Assembly (NCBI RefSeq): GCF_913773725.1
Contig: NZ_CAJYGK010000050.1
Location: 11,962 to 75,961, forward strand
Reading direction: 5' to 3'
Length of the DNA: 64,000 nt
Source: an uncultured Aquabacterium sp.
GTDB taxonomy: Bacteria; Pseudomonadota; Gammaproteobacteria; Burkholderiales; Burkholderiaceae_C
Part shown: piece by piece, positions 21,152-34,512 of the stretch
Layout of the letters: each line of letters opens with the position of its first letter
How positions within the stretch are numbered: the first letter of the stretch is position 1
Notes under the pieces: generated by a model
Databases searched by the model: none
Told to the model about the DNA's origin: nothing
What the model saw: only the letters and a program-made list of their open reading frames with translations
Position numbers and translations under genes: made by a program

Positions 21152-22108
21152 TCAGAGCGTCAGGATGTTGCCGCCCAGGCCCGCCTTGTGCAGGCTGCCC
21201 AGCGCTTTTTCTGCCTCGGCCTTGTCGGCATACGGGCCGATGCGCACGCGAATGCGCTTGCCATCCGGCGTGTCGACCGACTGCGTGTAGGTCTTGATGC
21301 CCAATCGCTCGACCTTCTGGCGCACTTCCTGTACCTTCGTGGCGTCGCTGAAGGCACCGATCTGAACGATGTAGCGGCCTGCGGCATCCGTCTTGTCCGC
21401 CGGCTTGCTGGCAGCCGCGCGGGCTTCGGCCTGGCGACGCTCGGCCGCCTTTTGGTCGGCGGCTTTCTGCTCTGCCGCCTTTTGCTCGGCTGCCTTCTTG
21501 TCTGCGGCCTTCTGTTCGGCCAGCTTCAACTCGGCTGCACGGGCTTTCTCTTTTTCCTTCAGCTCAGCTGCTTTCTTGTCGGCAGCGGCCTTCTGCTCGG
21601 CCAGTCGGCGGGCGCGCGCCTCTTCCGCGGCCTTCTCGGCTCCTTTGTCAGCCACGTTGGCCGGAGAGGCAGTGGCGAGCGGCGGCGTGGCCTTGCCCGG
21701 GGCGGAGTCCGCCGTTTCGGGCCGCGATCGATCCTGAGGCGAGGGCTCCTCCGCCTGTTCCACCATGTCCTCGGCAGGAGACGCTGCCTGCGGCGCCACG
21801 ATGCCGGCGACCTCGACCTTGCCGGCAACGGCCCGTCCCGGCGTCGAGGGGCCTCCCTCCACGCCACGTGGCGCGCCGGCCTGCACGACCTGCACGTCGT
21901 TCGACAACGGTCGAGGTTGCGTCTCGAACAGCCAGGGGAAACCGATCACGCCAGCCCCCACCAGCACCGCCATGCCGATGAGGCGACGTCGGGCCCGCGT
22001 ACGGGTGGCCTCGATGTCAGCCTGCGACGGCGGCAGGGACTCTGCGGCGGGCGCCTGGGCCGCGGGGCCCCGACGCAGGAGGCGCTGAAGGAACGTAGGC
22101 AGCGGCAT
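21152..22108 (-). CDS. dedD: SPOR-domain cell division protein (DedD-like)
   Basis: RARRRLIG + TM segment, Ala/Lys/Glu linker, C-terminal SPOR domain (VQIGAFS...RVRIGPY); follows folC. Confidence 0.85.
   Translation of the reverse strand: MPLPTFLQRLLRRGPAAQAPAAESLPPSQADIEATRTRARRRLIGMAVLVGAGVIGFPWLFETQPRPLSNDVQVVQAGAPRGVEGGPSTPGRAVAGKVEVAGIVAPQAASPAEDMVEQAEEPSPQDRSRPETADSAPGKATPPLATASPANVADKGAEKAAEEARARRLAEQKAAADKKAAELKEKEKARAAELKLAEQKAADKKAAEQKAAEQKAADQKAAERRQAEARAAASKPADKTDAAGRYIVQIGAFSDATKVQEVRQKVERLGIKTYTQSVDTPDGKRIRVRIGPYADKAEAEKALGSLHKAGLGGNILTL
21441..21520 (-). repeat. Coding 15-nt tandem repeat (about 5 copies, [AE/AD]QKA-type pentapeptides) in the DedD linker
   Basis: tcggccgccttttgg / tcggcggctttctgc / tctgccgccttttgc / tcggctgccttcttg / tctgcggccttctgt. 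Confidence 0.85.
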
Positions 22109-22149
22109 GCTCGGTTGAAAAATGGGCAAAAGCGAAGTCGAACGCCGGA

Positions 22150-23544
22150 TCAGGCGCCGCCCGTCCCCGCCTGGAGATGTGGTGCGTTCAGCTTGGGCAG
22201 TCCGTCATGCAGGACACCGCCCACGGTGTAGAACGACCCGAAGACCACGATTCTATCCGTCGGGTCCGCCGCAGCGAGGGCCGCCTTCAGGGCGGTCATC
22301 GGATCAGGGTGCTCGCTGACGGTGGCCTTCGGGGCGGTTGCCAGGGGCCGGGCCTCCACCTCGTCCGCGATGGCCTGGGCCAGCTGGGCCGCCGTCGCAG
22401 CCCGGGGAGTCGGCAGGTCGCACACATACCAGGCGTCCACCAGCGGGCGCAGCCTGGCGACCATGCCGGCGGCGTCCTTGTCGGCCATCGCCCCCCACAC
22501 GGCGTGCGTGCGCGGGAAAAAGCCCATCTGATCGAGGTTGACGGCCAGCGTGGCGACCGCATGGGGGTTGTGTGCCACGTCCAGAATCAGTGTGGGTTGA
22601 CCCGGGATGATCTGGAAGCGGCCGGGCAACTCCACCGTGGCCAGGCCGGTGCGCACTGCCTGCGCCGACACCGGCAGACGCGGACGCATCGCCTCGAGCG
22701 CGGCCAGCACGCCCGACGCGTTCAGCAGCTGGTTGGCACCGCGCAGCGCCGGATACGCCATGCCGTTGAAGCGCTTGCTGCGCCCGCCCCAGGACCACTG
22801 CTGGCGGTCGCCCGCGTAGTTGTGGTCGCGGCCGAAGAGCCACAGGTCTGCGCCGAGGGCCGCCGCGTGGTCCACCACGCTTTGCGGCGCCTGCGGATCG
22901 GAGACCACGGCCGGGCGCCCTGCCCGCATGATGCCGGCCTTCTCGCGGCCGATGGCCTCGCGATCGGGACCGAGCCACTCCATGTGGTCCAGGTCGATGC
23001 TGGTGATGATGGCGCAGTCGGTATCGATGATGTTGACGGCATCCAGCCGGCCCCCGAGCCCCACTTCCAGGATCACCGCGTCCAGCCCGGCCGAGGCCAA
23101 CAGGCGCATGATGGCCAGTGTGGTGAACTCGAAGTAGGTCAGCGGGGTGTCGCCCCGCGCGGCCTCGATGGCCGCAAAGTGCGGCACGAGCTGCTCGGCC
23201 GTCACCAGCTCACCCTGGATGCGGCAGCGCTCCTCGAAGCGCACGAGGTGCGGCGAGCCGTACACGCCCACGCGGAAGCCCGACGACATCAGGATGCCCT
23301 CGAGCATCGCGCAGGTCGAGCCCTTGCCATTGGTCCCGGCCACCGTGAACACCACCGGGGCGTCACGCCCGCTGTCTTCCTGGCCCATCGGCGTGCCCAG
23401 TACCACGCCGGTGCGCGCCCACACCGAGCCCACGCGGTCCAGTCCCATGTCGATGCCGACCGGGTGCAGGCGTTCGCAGTGCGCGAGCCAGTCGTCCAGC
23501 GTGCGCGGGTTGGCCGAAGGGGAAGACGTGTCGGAAGCGGTCAT
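22150..23544 (-). CDS. folC: Bifunctional folylpolyglutamate synthase/dihydrofolate synthase
   Basis: VAGTNGKGST, EVGLGGRLDAVN, LDVAHNP, FGSFYTV. Confidence 0.96.
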   Translation of the reverse strand: MTASDTSSPSANPRTLDDWLAHCERLHPVGIDMGLDRVGSVWARTGVVLGTPMGQEDSGRDAPVVFTVAGTNGKGSTCAMLEGILMSSGFRVGVYGSPHLVRFEERCRIQGELVTAEQLVPHFAAIEAARGDTPLTYFEFTTLAIMRLLASAGLDAVILEVGLGGRLDAVNIIDTDCAIITSIDLDHMEWLGPDREAIGREKAGIMRAGRPAVVSDPQAPQSVVDHAAALGADLWLFGRDHNYAGDRQQWSWGGRSKRFNGMAYPALRGANQLLNASGVLAALEAMRPRLPVSAQAVRTGLATVELPGRFQIIPGQPTLILDVAHNPHAVATLAVNLDQMGFFPRTHAVWGAMADKDAAGMVARLRPLVDAWYVCDLPTPRAATAAQLAQAIADEVEARPLATAPKATVSEHPDPMTALKAALAAADPTDRIVVFGSFYTVGGVLHDGLPKLNAPHLQAGTGGA

Positions 23545-23634
23545 GTCGACAGGGTCAGGAAGAAAAGCAAACGGGCTGCACCGTGGCGCAGCCCGATCGG
23601 TGAAGGCCTTTCGGCCTTCCGGACAGACAGGGGC

Positions 23635-24510
23635 TCAGCCTGCGACGGCGTCGGCCGGCTGGCGCGTCAGCATGGCGAGCTGGCGGGCGATGGCCTGACG
23701 CAGTTCGCGGCGGTCGAGGATCATGTCGACGGCGCCCTTCTGCAGCAGGAACTCGGCGCGCTGGAAGCCTTCCGGCAGCACTTCGCGCACGGTGTTCTCG
23801 ATCACGCGGGGACCGGCAAAGCCGATCAGGGCCTTGGGTTCGGCGATCACCACGTCGCCCATGAAGGCGAAGGAGGCGGACACGCCACCCATGGTCGGAT
23901 CGGTCAGCACGCTGATGTAGGGCAGCTTCGCCTTGGCCAGGCGGGTCAGCGCGGCGTTGGTCTTGGCCATCTGCATCAGGCTCAGCAGGCCTTCCTGCAT
24001 GCGGGCGCCGCCCGTGGCCGTGAAGGAGATGAACGGCGTCTTCTGCTCGACGGCGGTTTCCACGCCGCGCGCGAAACGCTCCCCCACCACCGAGCCCATC
24101 GAGCCGCCCATGAAGTCGAACTCGAAGCAAGCCGTCACGACCGGGATGCTGTGGACCGAGCCACCCATCACGATCAGGGCGTCCGTCTCGCCGGTCGATT
24201 CCATCGCCTGCTTGATGCGGTCGGGGTACTTCTTGCTGTCGCGGAATTTCAGCGCGTCGACCGGCAGCACTTCCTGGCCGATCTCGTAGCGGCCTTCGGC
24301 GTCGAGGAAGGCGTCCAGGCGGGCCCGCGCACCGATGCGGTGGTGGTGGCCGCACTTCGGGCAGACGTTGACGTTCGCCTCGAGGTCGTTCTTGTAGAGC
24401 ACCGTCTCGCACGACGGGCACTTGACCCACAAGCCCTCGGGCACCGAACGACGCTCGGACGGGTCGGTCGGCTGGATCTTCGGGGGCAGCAGTTTCTCAA
24501 GCCAGCTCAT
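23635..24510 (-). CDS. accD: Acetyl-CoA carboxylase carboxyltransferase beta subunit
   Basis: WVKCPSC...CPKC zinc finger, [18 protein letters not shown]. Confidence 0.97.
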   Translation of the reverse strand: MSWLEKLLPPKIQPTDPSERRSVPEGLWVKCPSCETVLYKNDLEANVNVCPKCGHHHRIGARARLDAFLDAEGRYEIGQEVLPVDALKFRDSKKYPDRIKQAMESTGETDALIVMGGSVHSIPVVTACFEFDFMGGSMGSVVGERFARGVETAVEQKTPFISFTATGGARMQEGLLSLMQMAKTNAALTRLAKAKLPYISVLTDPTMGGVSASFAFMGDVVIAEPKALIGFAGPRVIENTVREVLPEGFQRAEFLLQKGAVDMILDRRELRQAIARQLAMLTRQPADAVAG

Positions 24511-24512
24511 GC

Positions 24513-25337
24513 TCAGGCTCCTTTCAGGGTATCGAGGGCGGCGCGGATCTCGGCAATGAAGCCGCGCGCAGCAGAAACAACGGTGTCAGGCGATTGCGTC
24601 TCGAGCAGTTGCACGATGCGCGAGCCGATCACGACGGCATCGGAGACGGCGGCCACGGCTTTGGCGGTCTCGGCATCGCGGATGCCGAAGCCCACGCCGA
24701 CCGGCACGTTCACGTGGGCCTTGATGCGCGGCACCATGGCGGCCACGGCGGCCGTGTCCAGGTGGCCAGCGCCCGTCACGCCCTTGAGCGAGACGTAGTA
24801 GACGTAACCTGCAGCCACGCGGCCGACGTCGGCCATGCGCTGCTCGCTGGACGTGGGCGCCAGCAGGAAGATGGGGGCCAGGCCTTCCGCCTTCAGGCGC
24901 GCGGCGAACTCCTCGCACTCTTCCGGCGGGTAGTCGACCACCAGCACGCCGTCGACGCCCGCGGCCTTCGCGTCGCGCACGAAGCTGCCCGCGCCATGAC
25001 GGAGGTCGTGGTTCTCGATCGGGTTGGCGTAGCCCATCAGCACCACCGGCGTGGTGGCGTTGCGCTCACGGAAGGCCTTCACGTCGGCCAGCACATGGGC
25101 CAGCGAGATGCCCTTGACCAGTGCGCGCTCAGCGGCCTTCTGGATCACGGGGCCGTCGGCCATCGGGTCGGAGAACGGCACGCCCAGCTCGATCACGTCG
25201 GCACCGGCTTCAGCCATCGCGAGCATCAGCTCGACTGTCTTCTCGGGGTACGGGTCGCCGCAGGTGATGTAGGGGATCAGCGCCTTGCGGCCCTGTTCTT
25301 TCAGCGTGGCAAAGGTCTGGTCGAGGCGGGTCGTCAT
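24513..25337 (-). CDS. trpA: Tryptophan synthase alpha chain
   Basis: [27 protein letters not shown]; start MTTRLD overlaps the trpB stop (TGATG). Confidence 0.97.
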   Translation of the reverse strand: MTTRLDQTFATLKEQGRKALIPYITCGDPYPEKTVELMLAMAEAGADVIELGVPFSDPMADGPVIQKAAERALVKGISLAHVLADVKAFRERNATTPVVLMGYANPIENHDLRHGAGSFVRDAKAAGVDGVLVVDYPPEECEEFAARLKAEGLAPIFLLAPTSSEQRMADVGRVAAGYVYYVSLKGVTGAGHLDTAAVAAMVPRIKAHVNVPVGVGFGIRDAETAKAVAAVSDAVVIGSRIVQLLETQSPDTVVSAARGFIAEIRAALDTLKGA

Positions 25338-26581
25338 CACACGCCCCCCTTGACCGACAGGCCACGGCACGACGGCCGGCAATAGAACTCGGCGCCAGTC
25401 AGGTCAGCCACCGTGCCGATGTCCTTGTCACCGCGGCCGGACAGGTTGACCAGCACGTGCTGATCCGGCTTCATGGTGGCGGCCAGCTTCATGCCATAGG
25501 CCACGGCATGGCTGGACTCCAGCGCCGGGATGATGCCTTCGGTGCGGCACAGGCGGTGGAAGGCTTCGAGCGCCTCCTGGTCGGTGATGCCGACGTACTC
25601 GGCACGGCCGATGTCCTTCAGGTAGGCGTGCTCGGGGCCGACACCGGGGTAATCGAGGCCGGCCGAGACCGAGTGCGTTTCGGTGATCTGACCGTTCTCG
25701 TCCTGCAGCAGGTAGGTGCGGTTGCCGTGCAGCACGCCCGGCACGCCCTTTTGCAACGACATCGAGTGCTTGCCGCTCTCGTAGCCTTCGCCGGCCGCTT
25801 CCACGCCGATCAGGCGCACGCCTTCATGCGGGATGTAGGGGTAGAAGATGCCCATGGCGTTCGAGCCACCGCCCACGCAGGCCACGACGGCGTCCGGCTG
25901 GCGGCCGATCTGCTCGGGCATCTGCTTGAGGCACTCCTCGCCGATGACGCTCTGGAAGTCGCGCACCATGGCTGGGTATGGGTGCGGGCCCGCGACCGTG
26001 CCGATGATGTAGAAGGTGTTCTCGACGTTGGTCACCCAGTCGCGCATGGCTTCGTTCAGCGCGTCCTTCAGGGTGCGGCTGCCCGACTCGACCGGCACCA
26101 CCTTGGCGCCCAGCAGGTGCATGCGGTAGACGTTGGGCGACTGGCGCTTGACGTCTTCGGCGCCCATGTACACCACGCACTCGAGGCCATAGCGGGCGCA
26201 GATGGTGGCCGTGGCCACGCCGTGCTGCCCTGCCCCGGTTTCGGCGATGACACGGGGCTTGCCCATGCGCTTGGCCAACAGGGCCTGGCCAATGGTGTTG
26301 TTGACCTTGTGCGCGCCGGTGTGATTCAGGTCTTCGCGCTTAAAGTGGATCTGCGCGCCGCCCACTTCACGGCTCAGGCGGGCTGCGTGGTAGATCGGGC
26401 TGGGGCGGCCGACGAAGTGCGCCAACTCCTTGCGGAACTCGGCGTTGAACTCAGGGTCATGGCGGTAGTGCTCGTAGACGTTCTTCAGTTCTTCGAGCGC
26501 GTAAATCAGGGTCTCGGAGACGAAGGTGCCGCCGTAGGGACCGAAGTGCCCGCGGGCATCGGGCTGGTTGTAGTTCAGCAT
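25337..26581 (-). CDS. trpB: Tryptophan synthase beta chain
   Basis: [14 protein letters not shown] lysine, [19 protein letters not shown]; start MLNYNQP. Confidence 0.97.
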   Translation of the reverse strand: MLNYNQPDARGHFGPYGGTFVSETLIYALEELKNVYEHYRHDPEFNAEFRKELAHFVGRPSPIYHAARLSREVGGAQIHFKREDLNHTGAHKVNNTIGQALLAKRMGKPRVIAETGAGQHGVATATICARYGLECVVYMGAEDVKRQSPNVYRMHLLGAKVVPVESGSRTLKDALNEAMRDWVTNVENTFYIIGTVAGPHPYPAMVRDFQSVIGEECLKQMPEQIGRQPDAVVACVGGGSNAMGIFYPYIPHEGVRLIGVEAAGEGYESGKHSMSLQKGVPGVLHGNRTYLLQDENGQITETHSVSAGLDYPGVGPEHAYLKDIGRAEYVGITDQEALEAFHRLCRTEGIIPALESSHAVAYGMKLAATMKPDQHVLVNLSGRGDKDIGTVADLTGAEFYCRPSCRGLSVKGGV

Positions 26582-26636
26582 GTGACTCTCAAGGAACTCG
26601 GACGCGGTTGCCACCGGAATGAGGTTGGCAGCCGCT

Positions 26637-27317
26637 TCAAACGGTTTCGGCACAAAGCCGGTCGGCCGTTCGCACGGCCTCACAGAAACGGCGCATCAGC
26701 GCGGCATCCTTGATGCCCTTGCTGGCTTCCACGCCCGAACTGACGTCCACGGCCCAGGGCCGCACGCGCCGCACGCCTTCTTCCACGTTACCGGGGTGCA
26801 GGCCACCCGACAGAATCATTGGACGCAACAGGCCCGTCGTCAACAGGGACCAGTCGAACACCTGTCCGCCGCCCCCGTAGCCTTCGACATGGGCATCCAC
26901 GAGCAAGGCCTGCGCATCCGAGTAGGACGAGGCGAAGTCTAACAAATCGAAACCTGGCGCCATCCGGGCTGCCCGGATGAAGGGCTGCCCCGCTGCAAGG
27001 GCGGCGCAATCCCCCGGCGTCTCATCGCCATGGAACTGCAGCAGCGCCTGGGGCAGCGTGTGTCGCACCTGGGCCGCCAGGGCGGCGTCGGCGTTCACCA
27101 GCAGCACCACGGGCGTCACGAACGGGGGCAGACGGCGTGCCAATTCGGCTGCGCGGTCCAGCGGCACGTGGCGCGGGCTCTTGGGGTACAGCACGAACCC
27201 GATGGCGTCGGCCCCGGATTCGACCGCGGCGTCGACGTCAGCCTCGCGGGTGAGGCCACAGACCTTGATGCGGGTGCGATGAAAGGCGGGCAACGGCGAC
27301 GTCAGACTGGGGGGCAT
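26637..27317 (-). CDS. trpF: Phosphoribosylanthranilate isomerase
   Basis: [27 protein letters not shown]; C-terminal part of track ORF 26637-27908. Confidence 0.93.
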   Translation of the reverse strand: MPPSLTSPLPAFHRTRIKVCGLTREADVDAAVESGADAIGFVLYPKSPRHVPLDRAAELARRLPPFVTPVVLLVNADAALAAQVRHTLPQALLQFHGDETPGDCAALAAGQPFIRAARMAPGFDLLDFASSYSDAQALLVDAHVEGYGGGGQVFDWSLLTTGLLRPMILSGGLHPGNVEEGVRRVRPWAVDVSSGVEASKGIKDAALMRRFCEAVRTADRLCAETV

Positions 27318-27433
27318 CCCGACATGGCGGCAGCCTGGGCTGCGTCGCCGGTGGTGACAACCCTCGGATTGTCGCAAAAATCGGCCGCCAGGCCAATCTC
27401 CCGGCCGGCGGCATGGGGCGCGACACCGCCGAT

Positions 27434-28387
27434 TCACGCCCCGTGGACGTCGGCCGGCAGGGGCTGAGGGAGCCACGACAGCCCCGGCACCTGGCTGGGC
27501 AGGCCCCAGGCCGCGTCGTACTGCGGCCCCAGAAAGTACAGGCCGTCGGGCGAGAACGTCGGCGCGGCCACCTTGCGGTCGCGGGCTTCGAGCACCCGCT
27601 GCACCCAAGACACCGGCTGGGTGCCGGTGCCCACCGCGATCAGGCAGCCCATGATGTTGCGGATCATGTGATGAAGAAACGCCTGCCCCTCGAAATCGAA
27701 GCGCCAGTACCGGTGCGGCACGTCGCTGTCCCGCGGGGGCACGAAGGGGGTGGCGGGCCGGCATGGCGCAATGCGAATCTCGCGCAAGCGCTTGACCGGC
27801 GTCGGCGATTGACACTGCGACGATCGGAAGGAGCTGAAGTCGTGCTCGCCGATCAGCAGGGCCGCGGCCTCGCGCATGGCCTGCAGGTCCAGGGGCCGGA
27901 ACACCCATCCCACCTGCCCCGCCTCGATTGCCGGCTTGATGGGCGACTCGAGCAGGATGTAGGCATAGCGGCGCCCGATGGCGCTGTTGCGGGCGTGAAA
28001 GGTGTCAGGCACCTCGGCCGCCCACTGCACGGCGATGTCAGGCGGCAGAAAGGTGTTCGTGCCGCGCACCCAGGAGAACGGTGCGCGCGACAAAGGGGTG
28101 TCGAGGTGCACCACCTGGTTGATGCCGTGCACCCCGGTGTCGGTGCGCCCGGCACACACGGTCTTCACAGGATGCACGGCGAACTCGCGCAGCGCGTGCT
28201 CGAGCGCGTCCTGCACCGTGCCGCCGTAGGGCTGGCTCTGCCAGCCGCTGTAAGCGCCACCACGGTAAGAAACACCAAGGGCGACCCGCCGGGTCGCCCT
28301 TGTCTCGGGCCGGGAGGCGTTCGGGGCGTCGGGGTCGGCCACCAGGGTGGACCGACCCGGCGCCCGCGCCGGATCCTCATGCTGCAT
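27434..28387 (-). CDS. truA: tRNA pseudouridine(38-40) synthase
   Basis: GRTDTGVH catalytic Asp, HDFSSFR, FLHHMIRNI; true start may be slightly downstream. Confidence 0.95.
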   Translation of the reverse strand: MQHEDPARAPGRSTLVADPDAPNASRPETRATRRVALGVSYRGGAYSGWQSQPYGGTVQDALEHALREFAVHPVKTVCAGRTDTGVHGINQVVHLDTPLSRAPFSWVRGTNTFLPPDIAVQWAAEVPDTFHARNSAIGRRYAYILLESPIKPAIEAGQVGWVFRPLDLQAMREAAALLIGEHDFSSFRSSQCQSPTPVKRLREIRIAPCRPATPFVPPRDSDVPHRYWRFDFEGQAFLHHMIRNIMGCLIAVGTGTQPVSWVQRVLEARDRKVAAPTFSPDGLYFLGPQYDAAWGLPSQVPGLSWLPQPLPADVHGA

Positions 28388-28396
28388 GGTGCGTCA

Positions 28397-31117
28397 TCAC
28401 CCCAGCGTATCAAGCATGCCCTGGGCCTTGGTCCGCAAGGCCGGGTCCTGGGTGTTGTCCAGCACCTCCTGCAGCAGCTCGCGAGCGCCGTCGATGTCAC
28501 CGATCTGGCGGAACTCGTCGGCGAGCTCCAGCTTGCGGGCCATCGGATCGGTCAGCGACGAGTCGGCTGCCGGCTGATCCAGCCAGTCCTCCTCCGCCTC
28601 GGCAGGGGCATCGGGCAGCACCTCCGCCGGGTTGCTCACCGGCGCAGGCACGTCGAGATCGAGGCTGATCGACTCCATGTCGAACGCCGGCGACGGGGCC
28701 GGTGCGGCGGCCGGCGGCGGGAACTCGTCGGCAGAAAGGTCGAAGTCGAGCCCGGCATCGGCTTCATTTGCCGGTGTCGCAGGCACCTCGGGCAACGGCA
28801 GATCGTCCAACGGCGAGACGGCGGGTGCCGCGGCGGCCGAAGGCAGGTCATCGTTGAGATCCAGCGGCGGCAGGTCAGCCGGCTCGGCCGCCATCGGCGA
28901 GACCGAGTCGGTCACCTCATCCAGCGGGGCCGGCGTCGAGATGTCGAGGTCGAGGTTGACCATGTCCACATCGCCCGGCTCGGTCGGCGCACCGGCAGGT
29001 GCCACCGTGTCAAGCTGGCTCGGGGCCGGCATCACGGAGTGCGGGACGGTGCTGGCGCCCAGCATGTCGGCCGGCTCCCCTGCCGCGAGCGCAGCAGAAG
29101 GCGCGCCACCGGGCTGGTACAGCGGATTCTCGGGGTCGATACCCAACCCCATTTCCTGGGCCTTGGCCCAGTCTTCACCCTGGCCGTTCGTCAGGCCGAA
29201 CAGCTGCACGGCCAGTTGCTCGAAGCCCTTGGTGTCGCGGCGCTTGGCATAGACCTCCAGCAGCTTGGTGCGGATGGCCAGGCGATCCGGTGTGCTGCGC
29301 AGGGCTTCCTTGAGGATTTCCTCGGCCTGCAGGTCGCGGCCGTAGGCCAGATAGACATCGGCCTCGGCCACAGGGTCCACGTCGCCGATGGCATCCAGCT
29401 GGCTGAGCGAGTAGCTCATGGAGGACGGGCCACCCGTGGCGTCACGGGTGTCCACACGCTGCCCACCGCTGGCACCGAAGAAGGAATCCGGCTGCAGTCG
29501 GCTCTCCAGGAAGGAAGTCTCTCCGGAATCCGAGCGACGACGCGAGCGCACGAACATCAGGCCACCAGCCAGCAAGGCGATGGCCGCACCACCCACGGCC
29601 AGCAACATCGGATTGAGACCGGCCAGCAGGCCTGGCTCTTCCGGCTCGGGTTGCGGCGGCGCCACCGGCAGAGAGGCGGGCAGCGACGGAGCGGGCACCG
29701 AGGGTGCCGAAGCGGCCTCGGATGCGACGTCGGCGACGGCCGTGGCCGAAGCGGCCTCGGAAGCCGGCAAGCCGGGCGCATCGGCCACCGGGGGCGATGC
29801 GGGCGCCTCGACGGGCGCAGGGAGGGTATCCTCCAGAGGCTTGGACGGTGCGGGCGGAACTGGCGCCGGAGCCGGGGCGGCCACCGGTGCGGAAGCCGCC
29901 TTGTCCTTCAGCTTGCGCAGCTCGTCCAGGTTCTTGGACAGCTCGGCCACACGGGCCGTGCTTTCTTCCTTGGCCCGGGACTTGGCCAGGCGATCTTCCA
30001 CCGCCGCGCCGCCCGGTGCAACACCACCCTTGCTCAGGGTGAGCTTGTCGGGCGCGGGCGTCGCCGCCTGCTTCTGGTCCTTGACCTCGGCTTCGACCTT
30101 GCCCTTGGCCTGGCGCTGGGCCTGTTCGGGCACGGAATCGGCCGCCATGCCGGCGAGGCGCTGGCGATAGGCCGCAAAGTCGGCGCTTTCGGCGATGACG
30201 ATCTTGCGCGCCTCCTGCGGGCTGACTTCGCGTGCCTTCTCAGCCGAAGGAACGTCCAGCACCACCCCCGCCTTGAGGCGGTTCATGTTGCCCATGAACG
30301 CCTTCGGATTGGCGCGATACAGACCGACCAGCATCTGGTCCAGGGAGACCCCCGGCTGCTGCATGCGCGCCGCGATGGCGGACAACGAATCCCCACTGCG
30401 GACGCGAACGGAATCCACCGCCGAGGCATCGGGCGAGGATGCCGGTGCGGGTGCCGGTACGGCAGCCACGTCGGGCGCGGGCGCGGCGGGGCGTGCCTCC
30501 TTCACCGGCTTGCGTGCCGGCGTCGGCCGGGATGCCGGCTCGGACGGGGCCGTGGCGGCGACCTGCGGACGGGATGGCGCCCGGTCACGCGGGGCAGCAG
30601 CCTCCGTGCTCGGCGGCGGGGTGACGGGAGACGGCGCCTGCATCACCGGCGGCGTCATGGGCGCAGCGGCACGGTTGGAGGGCGGATCGAACAGCAGTGT
30701 GTATTCGCGTACCAGGCGACCGGTCGACCAGGACAGGTCCAGGATCACATCGACGAACGGTTCCTGCACGGAGCGGTCGCTGCTGATGCGCAGATACGGC
30801 CGCCCATCGGCGCGGCGCTGCAAGGTGATCGACGTGGCCGACAGCACCGGGTTGTAGTCCACCCCGGCTGCGCGGTAGGTTTCCGGCGAAGCCACCTTCA
30901 CCTGAAGGGAGGCGCCTTCCTCGGTCGTCAGGCTGCTGAGGTCGATCTCTGCACGGAGGGTTTCGCCCAGCGCGGACTGCACGCTCAGCCTGCCCAGCCC
31001 CAGCGCCCAGGACGCCGCCGGCAGGCTGGCCAGCACGGAAAAGGCTGCGGCGAGCGCAACCCGGTTCAGAGCGAATCGCCCCGCGGACAACGGTTGATCT
31101 TTCAAGGCGTCTCCCAA
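28397..31117 (-). CDS. fimV: FimV/HubP polar landmark protein
   Basis: LGLGRLSVQSALGE, REYTLLFDP, LysM (GDSLSAIA), TM segment, DPVAEADVYLAYGR TPR, C-terminal KLELA.EF..IGD.DGARELL; start uncertain. Confidence 0.93.
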   Translation of the reverse strand: MGDALKDQPLSAGRFALNRVALAAAFSVLASLPAASWALGLGRLSVQSALGETLRAEIDLSSLTTEEGASLQVKVASPETYRAAGVDYNPVLSATSITLQRRADGRPYLRISSDRSVQEPFVDVILDLSWSTGRLVREYTLLFDPPSNRAAAPMTPPVMQAPSPVTPPPSTEAAAPRDRAPSRPQVAATAPSEPASRPTPARKPVKEARPAAPAPDVAAVPAPAPASSPDASAVDSVRVRSGDSLSAIAARMQQPGVSLDQMLVGLYRANPKAFMGNMNRLKAGVVLDVPSAEKAREVSPQEARKIVIAESADFAAYRQRLAGMAADSVPEQAQRQAKGKVEAEVKDQKQAATPAPDKLTLSKGGVAPGGAAVEDRLAKSRAKEESTARVAELSKNLDELRKLKDKAASAPVAAPAPAPVPPAPSKPLEDTLPAPVEAPASPPVADAPGLPASEAASATAVADVASEAASAPSVPAPSLPASLPVAPPQPEPEEPGLLAGLNPMLLAVGGAAIALLAGGLMFVRSRRRSDSGETSFLESRLQPDSFFGASGGQRVDTRDATGGPSSMSYSLSQLDAIGDVDPVAEADVYLAYGRDLQAEEILKEALRSTPDRLAIRTKLLEVYAKRRDTKGFEQLAVQLFGLTNGQGEDWAKAQEMGLGIDPENPLYQPGGAPSAALAAGEPADMLGASTVPHSVMPAPSQLDTVAPAGAPTEPGDVDMVNLDLDISTPAPLDEVTDSVSPMAAEPADLPPLDLNDDLPSAAAAPAVSPLDDLPLPEVPATPANEADAGLDFDLSADEFPPPAAAPAPSPAFDMESISLDLDVPAPVSNPAEVLPDAPAEAEEDWLDQPAADSSLTDPMARKLELADEFRQIGDIDGARELLQEVLDNTQDPALRTKAQGMLDTLG

Positions 31118-31422
31118 GTCGTCGTGTCGGTGAGTGTGTCAGCCCTGACACGGCCGGATCCGGCAAGACCCAGGAGGCGCGACCTCACCTGCAGACGGTA
31201 CGCAGCAGAAAACACAATAACAGCCGGTAGATACAGTGACAAGCTCATGCATTTACTGACATAAGCCCGCCACCGGACATGGTGCACGGGCCGGCACCCG
31301 TGGCGGGGCATGATTGTCGCCTTGCGGCTACAACGCACGCCCTCGATTTTGTGACCAGACGTTGCAGGCGCTGCCAAGATCAGCAGCCATCTGGTGGCGC
31401 TTTTTCAGCGCATGGAAACCGC

Positions 31423-32556
31423 TCAGGCGTCCAGCAGGATGCGCAGCATGCGGCGCAGCGGCTCGGCGGCCCCCCACAGCAACTGGTCACCGATGGTGAA
31501 GGCGCCGACGTACTCCGGGCCCATGGCGAGCTTGCGGATGCGGCCCACCGGGATGGTCAGCGTGCCGGTCGTGGCCACCGGGGTCAGGTCCTTGATGGTG
31601 GCCTCACGGGTGTTCGGCACGACCTTCACCCACTCGTTGTCGGCGGCGATCATGGCCTCGATGTCGGCCAGGGGCACGTCCTTCTTGAGCTTGAAGGTCA
31701 GGGCCTGCGAGTGGCAGCGCATGGCGCCGATGCGCACGCAGAAACCGTCGACCGGGATCGCGGCCGAGCCGAAGCCCTCGCCCAGACCCAGGATCTTGTT
31801 GGTCTCGGCCATGCCCTTCCACTCTTCCTTGGACTGGCCATTGCCCAGGTCCTTGTCGATCCAGGGGATGAGCGAGCCACCCAGCGGCACGCCGAAGTTG
31901 GCCGTTTCGGCTTCGGTCAGCGAACGCTGCTTGGCGATGATCTTGCGGTCGATTTCCAGGATGGCGCTCTTGGGATCGTCCAGCAGGGCCTTCACTTCGG
32001 CGTTCAGCGTGCCGAACTGGGTGAGCAGCTCGCGCATGTGCTGGGCACCGCCGCCCGAAGCCGCCTGATAGGTCTGGGTCGACATCCACTCGACCAGACC
32101 GGCCTTGTACAGCGCACCCACGCCCATCAGCATGCAGCTGACGGTGCAGTTGCCGCCGATCCAGTCCTTGCCGCCGTTGGCCAGCGCATTCTTGATCACG
32201 GGCATGTTGACCGGATCCAGCACGATGACGGCGTTGTCCTTCATGCGCAGCGACGAGGCCGCATCGATCCAGTGGCCGTTCCAGCCGGCGGCGCGCAGCT
32301 TGGGATACACCTCGTTGGTGTAGTCACCGCCCTGGGCCGTCAGGATGATGTCGCAGCGCTTGAGTTCGTTGATGTCGTAGCCGTCCTTCAACGTCTTCTC
32401 GTTCTTGGCCATGGCCGGGGCAGCGCCGCCGGCGTTGGAGGTCGAGAAGAACAGCGGTTCGAAGTGGGCGAAGTCGCCTTCGGCCTGCATGCGGTCCATC
32501 AGCACCGAGCCGACCATGCCGCGCCAGCCGACCAGACCAACCAGAGTCGTAGCCAT
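31423..32556 (-). CDS. asd: Aspartate-semialdehyde dehydrogenase
   Basis: [26 protein letters not shown]. Confidence 0.97.
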   Translation of the reverse strand: MATTLVGLVGWRGMVGSVLMDRMQAEGDFAHFEPLFFSTSNAGGAAPAMAKNEKTLKDGYDINELKRCDIILTAQGGDYTNEVYPKLRAAGWNGHWIDAASSLRMKDNAVIVLDPVNMPVIKNALANGGKDWIGGNCTVSCMLMGVGALYKAGLVEWMSTQTYQAASGGGAQHMRELLTQFGTLNAEVKALLDDPKSAILEIDRKIIAKQRSLTEAETANFGVPLGGSLIPWIDKDLGNGQSKEEWKGMAETNKILGLGEGFGSAAIPVDGFCVRIGAMRCHSQALTFKLKKDVPLADIEAMIAADNEWVKVVPNTREATIKDLTPVATTGTLTIPVGRIRKLAMGPEYVGAFTIGDQLLWGAAEPLRRMLRILLDA

Positions 32557-32611
32557 GATGAATTTCCTTCAGTGATTCAGTGTTGTGTAGCGAGCGGTTC
32601 AGCCCGGTCGG

Positions 32612-34362
<1,751 letters not shown>

Positions 34363-34368
34363 GGTGGT

Positions 34369-34500
34369 TTACTTTTTCGCCGCGTTGGAGATGGCCTCAC
34401 CGGCCTTCTCGAGGTCCTGACCGAAGCCGTGCACCGTGTTGCAGGCGCTCATGGCCCACAAGGTCATCAGCATGAGGATCAGGGCTGCCAGACGTTGCAT
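34369..34500 (-). CDS. Entericidin A/B family small lipoprotein (43 aa)
   Basis: Manual translation MQRLAALILMLMTLWAMSACNTVHGFGQDLEKAGEAISNAAKK; lipobox MSAC and CNTVxGxGxD signature. Not in the ORF track. Confidence 0.9.
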   Translation of the reverse strand: MQRLAALILMLMTLWAMSACNTVHGFGQDLEKAGEAISNAAKK

Positions 34501-34512
34501 GGTGGTACTGCC

